64,000 nucleotides of DNA from Azolla caroliniana (lineage: Eukaryota > Plantae > Polypodiophyta): NCBI GenBank assembly GCA_043228905.1, contig JBHGNT010000001.1:8494001-8558000 (forward strand). The letters run 5' to 3'. The notes beneath the pieces are model-generated. The model did not search any database and was not told the origin of the DNA. It saw only the letters and a program-made list of their open reading frames with translations. Below, piece by piece: positions 59,766 through 64,000 of this stretch. Both the position numbers and the translations under genes were made by a program. How positions within the stretch are numbered: position 1 is the stretch's first letter; every line of letters begins with the position of its first letter.

Positions 59766-61466
59766 TCACTTCGGCATGGGATGTCTCTCCAATCCGATCC
59801 TCTTCCGGCATGCTTCCAGTTTGTCGGGTGTGAGGACCTTGGTCAGCATATCCGACCCGTTCTCGTCCGTGTGGATCTTTGTCAGCACGAACTCCTTGTC
59901 TTCTATCCTTTCCCGGATCCAGTGATATCTTCGCTGGATGTGCTTCGTCCGGGAGTGATAGGCCGCGTTCTTCGCAAGGTGGATTGCACTCTGACTGTCG
60001 CAGTAGAGTCGGTACTCCTCCTGCCGGATACCGAGCTCTCTAATGAAGTCCTTCATCCATATTATTTCCTTGCTGGCTTCAACAGCCGCCATGTACTCCG
60101 CCTCCGTGGTTGACAACGCAACCGTCTTCTGCAGCCTCGACTGCCACGAAACAGCTCCCCCTGCATACGTCATCACATACCCTGATGTGGACCGGCTGGT
60201 ATCTGCATCAGCCGACATATCCGAATCGGTAAAGCCATCGAGTTCGGGCATTCCGGAGCCGAATCGGAGGCACACGTTTGCCGTGCCCTTCAGGTATCGA
60301 AGTATCCACTTGACCGCGTTCCAGTGCTCTTTGCCGGGATTGCTCATGTACCGACTTACCGCTCCGACTGCATATCCGATGTCCGGTCTCGTACACACCA
60401 TGGCGTACATCAAGCTCCCGACGGCTGAGGCATACGGCACTTTCATCATATCCTCCTTTTCAGCCTTTGTCTTGGGACTTTGCTTGCTGGACAGCTTGCA
60501 GTTTGCCGGGAGGGTCGATCCGACCGGTCTTGCTTCCGACATGTTGAACCGTTTAAGCACCTTTGTCACGTACTTCTCCTGTGACAGCCACAACTGCTTC
60601 TTCTTCCGGTCCCGGATGATGTGCATCCCTAGTATTTGCCTCGCCGGACCCAGGTCCTTCATTGAGAAGGTTCGGTGAAGGGCCTTCTTCAGCATCCGTA
60701 TCTTGACCTGGTCCCGTCCGACGATCAACATGTCGTCCACGTACAGGAGGAGTATTAGAGAGTCTTCTCCTTCAAACTTCTTCACAAACACGCAGTGGTC
60801 GGACTGCGTTTTGAGGTACCCTTCGTCGGTCATGAAGGAGTCGAACTTCCGGTACCATTGCCGGGGAGCCTGCTTCAGTCCGTAAAGGCTCTTCTTCAAC
60901 CGGCATACCAGGTGCTCCTTCCCTTTCTTCTCGAATCCTTCCGGTTGCTGCATGTAGATCTCTTCATCGAGGTCACCGTGAAGGAATGCCGTCTTCACGT
61001 CCATCTGTTCTACCTCGAGGTCCATGCTTGCCGCTATGCTCAGCACCGTCCGGATGGAGGTCATCTTCACTACCGGGGCAAATATCTCGTCGAAGTCGAC
61101 GCCCTTCTTCTGCTGAAACCCCTTCACCACGATCCTGGCTTTGTATCTCGGGGGGTTTCCGGCATCTCCCGGTTTCAGCTTGAACACCCACTTGTTTCGA
61201 AGTGCCCGCTTTCCTTTCGGCAACTCCACAAGTTCATATGTGTGGTTCTCATGCAGGGAATCCATCTCGTCCTGCATGGCACTCAACCACCTGCGGCTCT
61301 GGGTGTCGTGCTTTGCTTCTTCAAAGCTCTCCGGCTCCCCCTCGTCGGTTAGCAGCACGTGCTCTGGTTCCGGAAATCTCCGGGGGGCCCTTCTCTCTCT
61401 TAGAGGATATCTCCGTTCCGGAGCTTCGGTAACCGGTTCCTCCGATTCTTCTTCATCCGAATCCAT
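59766..61466 (-). CDS. pol: RT-RNase H part of the Copia I polyprotein
   Basis: YKARIVVKGF, QMDVKTAFLHG, SLYGLKQAPRQW, YVDDML, TRPDI, STTEAEY, SRTKHI. Confidence 0.92.
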   Translation of the reverse strand: MDSDEEESEEPVTEAPERRYPLRERRAPRRFPEPEHVLLTDEGEPESFEEAKHDTQSRRWLSAMQDEMDSLHENHTYELVELPKGKRALRNKWVFKLKPGDAGNPPRYKARIVVKGFQQKKGVDFDEIFAPVVKMTSIRTVLSIAASMDLEVEQMDVKTAFLHGDLDEEIYMQQPEGFEKKGKEHLVCRLKKSLYGLKQAPRQWYRKFDSFMTDEGYLKTQSDHCVFVKKFEGEDSLILLLYVDDMLIVGRDQVKIRMLKKALHRTFSMKDLGPARQILGMHIIRDRKKKQLWLSQEKYVTKVLKRFNMSEARPVGSTLPANCKLSSKQSPKTKAEKEDMMKVPYASAVGSLMYAMVCTRPDIGYAVGAVSRYMSNPGKEHWNAVKWILRYLKGTANVCLRFGSGMPELDGFTDSDMSADADTSRSTSGYVMTYAGGAVSWQSRLQKTVALSTTEAEYMAAVEASKEIIWMKDFIRELGIRQEEYRLYCDSQSAIHLAKNAAYHSRTKHIQRRYHWIRERIEDKEFVLTKIHTDENGSDMLTKVLTPDKLEACRKRIGLERHPMPK

Positions 61467-63808
61467 TTCGGGATCGGAGCCGGTTCTGTTTCTTCACCGT
61501 CTTCGGCCGGATCCTCGAGTGCTAACCGGTCCCTTGCCGGTCGGGACTGCTCCTCGTAGAGTTGATCCTCACCGGTCGACTTGGAGCTCTTCATCTTCTT
61601 CTCCGACTCCCAGTCGGCGAGTGTCTTGTCCTCCATGAAGATGATGTCTCGACTCCTGAATATCTTCTTGTCGACCGGGTCCCATACTCGGTAGCCGAAC
61701 TCGTCGTCGCCGTAACCGAGGAATATGCATGGCCGGGTCTTTGGATCTAGCTTTCCTCTCCGGTCCTTTGCCACGTGCACGTATGCGAGACACCCGAACA
61801 CCTTCAGATGCCGGTAAGATATTTCCCTACCGGTCCACACTCTCTGTGGCGTGTCTCCGTCCAAAGGTACTGAGGGTGATCGGTTTATCACATATGTCGC
61901 CGTCGACATTGCCTCAGCCCAAAACCCCTTGGGTAATTTCGCATGCGCCAGCATACTCCGGACCCTCTCCATTATGGTCCGGTTCATCCTCTCGGCCAGC
62001 CCGTTCAGTTCCGGCGTCTTCGGCACAGTAAACTCGAGCCGGATTCCCTTCGAGCGACAGTACTCCGCGAACTGCCCCCGGTATTCCCCTCCGTTATCCG
62101 CTCGTATCGCTTTCAGCTTCTTGCCGGATTCCCTTTCCACTCTCGCGTGGAGTTCTTTGAAGACGCACAACACTTGGTCCTTTGTCTTCAACGGTGCCGT
62201 CCACAGCTTCCGGCTGTGATCATCAATGAATGTTACGAAGTACTGGGCTCCGCCATGTGACTTCGTTTCTACCTGACACACATCAGTGTGCACCAACTCC
62301 AATGGTGCGCTACGTCTCGTCGGTGGCCTTGAGTGGAAGGAGGTTCGGTTCTGTTTACCGGCCAGGCAATCGGTGCACTTCTCCAGGTGCACATGCTTCA
62401 CTGGAATAAGGTTGTCTTCTGCAAGCCTCTTCATCCCCTTCTCACTCATGTGGCACAGTCTTTTGTGCCACAGCTCACCGGCAGTGTCGGTTGCCACATT
62501 CAGCTCTTCCGGACATAACCGGGCATTCATCAGGTACAGTGTGTTGTCTTTCCGGGCCCGAGCCACTATCAGGCTCCCCTTGCTGAACTTCATTACGCCG
62601 TTCCGGATGCTACCTGTGTAGCCTTCATCGTCTAGCCTCCCGGCCGAAATCAGGTTCAATCGAACCTCCGGAACGTGTCGGACATCCTTCAGCAGCATTT
62701 TGCATCCGGTCGGGGTTGTCAACCACACGTCTCCGATGCCGGCAATCCGGCACGTACCTTCATTTCCCATCCGAACACAGCCATGCTCACCGGCTGTGTA
62801 GGATGAGAAGTATCTTCTCTCCGGGGTCAGGTGGAACGATGCTCCGGAATCGACCACCCAGGTCGTCTCATCGCCGGCAATGTTTACTTCACTTTCTTCG
62901 GTGATGAGCATGATTTCTTCCTCACTTGCCGCGAGTGCCGTTGTTCCTTTCCGGTCCTGCCCTCGCCGATCCGAACCTCTCCGGTCCGTGGCTCCCCGGT
63001 ATGCACCGTTTCTCTCCGGTGACTTCTTCGAATCGGTGTCGTCGGCTCCGTTGTCTTTTCGGTAATGCCGACAATTCTTTCGGAAGTGCCCCGGCTTCCC
63101 ACAGTGGAAGCATGTGGGCCTTCCTCTTGACTGCGACCGGGTCCCCGACTTCTCCCGTCTTTGCGGACTCCGGTTCCATTGTCTTCCCCAATCCGATTCG
63201 GTAAGCAGCGCCTTCGAGTCGGAGGCCGGTTCTTTATCTCTCCGACGCGCTTCTTCGTTCAAAATACTTGTCTTTACCGTTTGTAAGGACAAGTTATCTT
63301 CTGTGCAGGAGGTGCTGAGAGTCACCACCAAGTTCTCCCAACTTTCCGGCAATGTACACATCAGGATGATGGCTTGCATTGCATCCTCCAACGGGAACTT
63401 GATCGCCGCAAGCTGATTCACGAATCCCATGAACGTGCTTACGTGTTCCACCATACTCTCGCCGTCCCGGTACTTGAGATTCACTATCTTCCTCATCAGG
63501 GAGGTCCGATTCAACGCATTCTTCCTCTCGTAGAGGCCCGACAGCTTCTTCCACATCTCATATGCGTTGGTGTCGTTTGCCACATGTTGTAGGACGCTCA
63601 CGTCGACGTATTGCCGAATGGTTGCAACGGCTTTCCAGTTCAGAAGCCTCCATTCCGACTCAAGTACCCCTTTCGGTATTTCCGACCTGTCAATCGGTTC
63701 GTACAGGTCCCGAACAATCAGAAGATCTTCCATCTTGATCTTCCAGTCGGCGTAGTTCTGCGCAGTCAGCACCATCATCCCCGGCTGCCCGTTGCCGCCG
63801 CCTTCCAT
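61400..63808 (-). CDS. gag: Gag-PR-integrase part of the Copia I polyprotein (frameshifted near 61474)
   Basis: CFHCGKPGHFRKNC, WVVDSGASFH, LWHKRLCHMS, FIDDHSR, RADNGGEY, NGLAERMN. Confidence 0.92.
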   Translation of the reverse strand: MEGGGNGQPGMMVLTAQNYADWKIKMEDLLIVRDLYEPIDRSEIPKGVLESEWRLLNWKAVATIRQYVDVSVLQHVANDTNAYEMWKKLSGLYERKNALNRTSLMRKIVNLKYRDGESMVEHVSTFMGFVNQLAAIKFPLEDAMQAIILMCTLPESWENLVVTLSTSCTEDNLSLQTVKTSILNEEARRRDKEPASDSKALLTESDWGRQWNRSPQRREKSGTRSQSRGRPTCFHCGKPGHFRKNCRHYRKDNGADDTDSKKSPERNGAYRGATDRRGSDRRGQDRKGTTALAASEEEIMLITEESEVNIAGDETTWVVDSGASFHLTPERRYFSSYTAGEHGCVRMGNEGTCRIAGIGDVWLTTPTGCKMLLKDVRHVPEVRLNLISAGRLDDEGYTGSIRNGVMKFSKGSLIVARARKDNTLYLMNARLCPEELNVATDTAGELWHKRLCHMSEKGMKRLAEDNLIPVKHVHLEKCTDCLAGKQNRTSFHSRPPTRRSAPLELVHTDVCQVETKSHGGAQYFVTFIDDHSRKLWTAPLKTKDQVLCVFKELHARVERESGKKLKAIRADNGGEYRGQFAEYCRSKGIRLEFTVPKTPELNGLAERMNRTIMERVRSMLAHAKLPKGFWAEAMSTATYVINRSPSVPLDGDTPQRVWTGREISYRHLKVFGCLAYVHVAKDRRGKLDPKTRPCIFLGYGDDEFGYRVWDPVDKKIFRSRDIIFMEDKTLADWESEKKMKSSKSTGEDQLYEEQSRPARDRLALEDPAEDGEETEPAPIPKWIRMKKNRRNRLPKLRNGDIL

Positions 63809-64000
63809 TTTCTGCAGCAGTTCGCTCTGATACCAGTTTGTAAGGAATAGACGCTTCTATTCACCTTCACCGCTCGGCCACAACCGAGTAAGCGCGAATC
63901 AATGGAGCAGAAAATAGGAACCACACGGAGAAACAAAACGCGAGCACACAGGGATTAACGTGGAAAACCCTAGACGGGAAAAACCACGGGAGTACAAGAC

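Larger units (their letters stand above)
59144..64000 (-). mobile_element. Near-intact Tnt1/Tork-like Ty1/copia element I (5' LTR runs past the window end)
   Basis: 3' LTR 59144-59755; 5' LTR from 63839, matching over the visible 162 bp; PBS TGGTATCAGAGCG 63823-63835; PPT AAGGGGGAG. Confidence 0.96.

Overview
Plant nuclear DNA, probably from a non-seed plant given the lineages present (inference). Almost the whole window is nested LTR retrotransposons around one host gene, an intronless secreted dirigent-like ORF (12515-13057). Three elements are young and near-intact: (A) a non-chromovirus Ty3/gypsy at 20621-27947 (-) with a tRNA-Trp PBS and a 4-bp TSD; (D) a Tcn1-like chromovirus at 37291-42958 (-); (I) a Tnt1/Tork-like Ty1/copia from 59144 (-) running off the window end. 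They sit among degenerate copies, solo LTRs, two RT-less Copia copies and two pol-less gag-fusion derivatives of family A, nested up to five levels deep. Main unexpected signals: (1) family A target duplications are centred on CpG in 9 of 10 junctions; (2) a covarying hairpin with a CCGG-containing loop next to the PPT in four family A members; (3) pol-less elements whose truncated Gag is fused to a long repeat-bearing frame; (4) antisense tRNA-like A/B-box modules in LTRs of two unrelated families; (5) -1 frameshift cassettes and Tf1-type self-priming readable from the sequence. All boundaries were read by eye; lineage names are inferences, not database hits.
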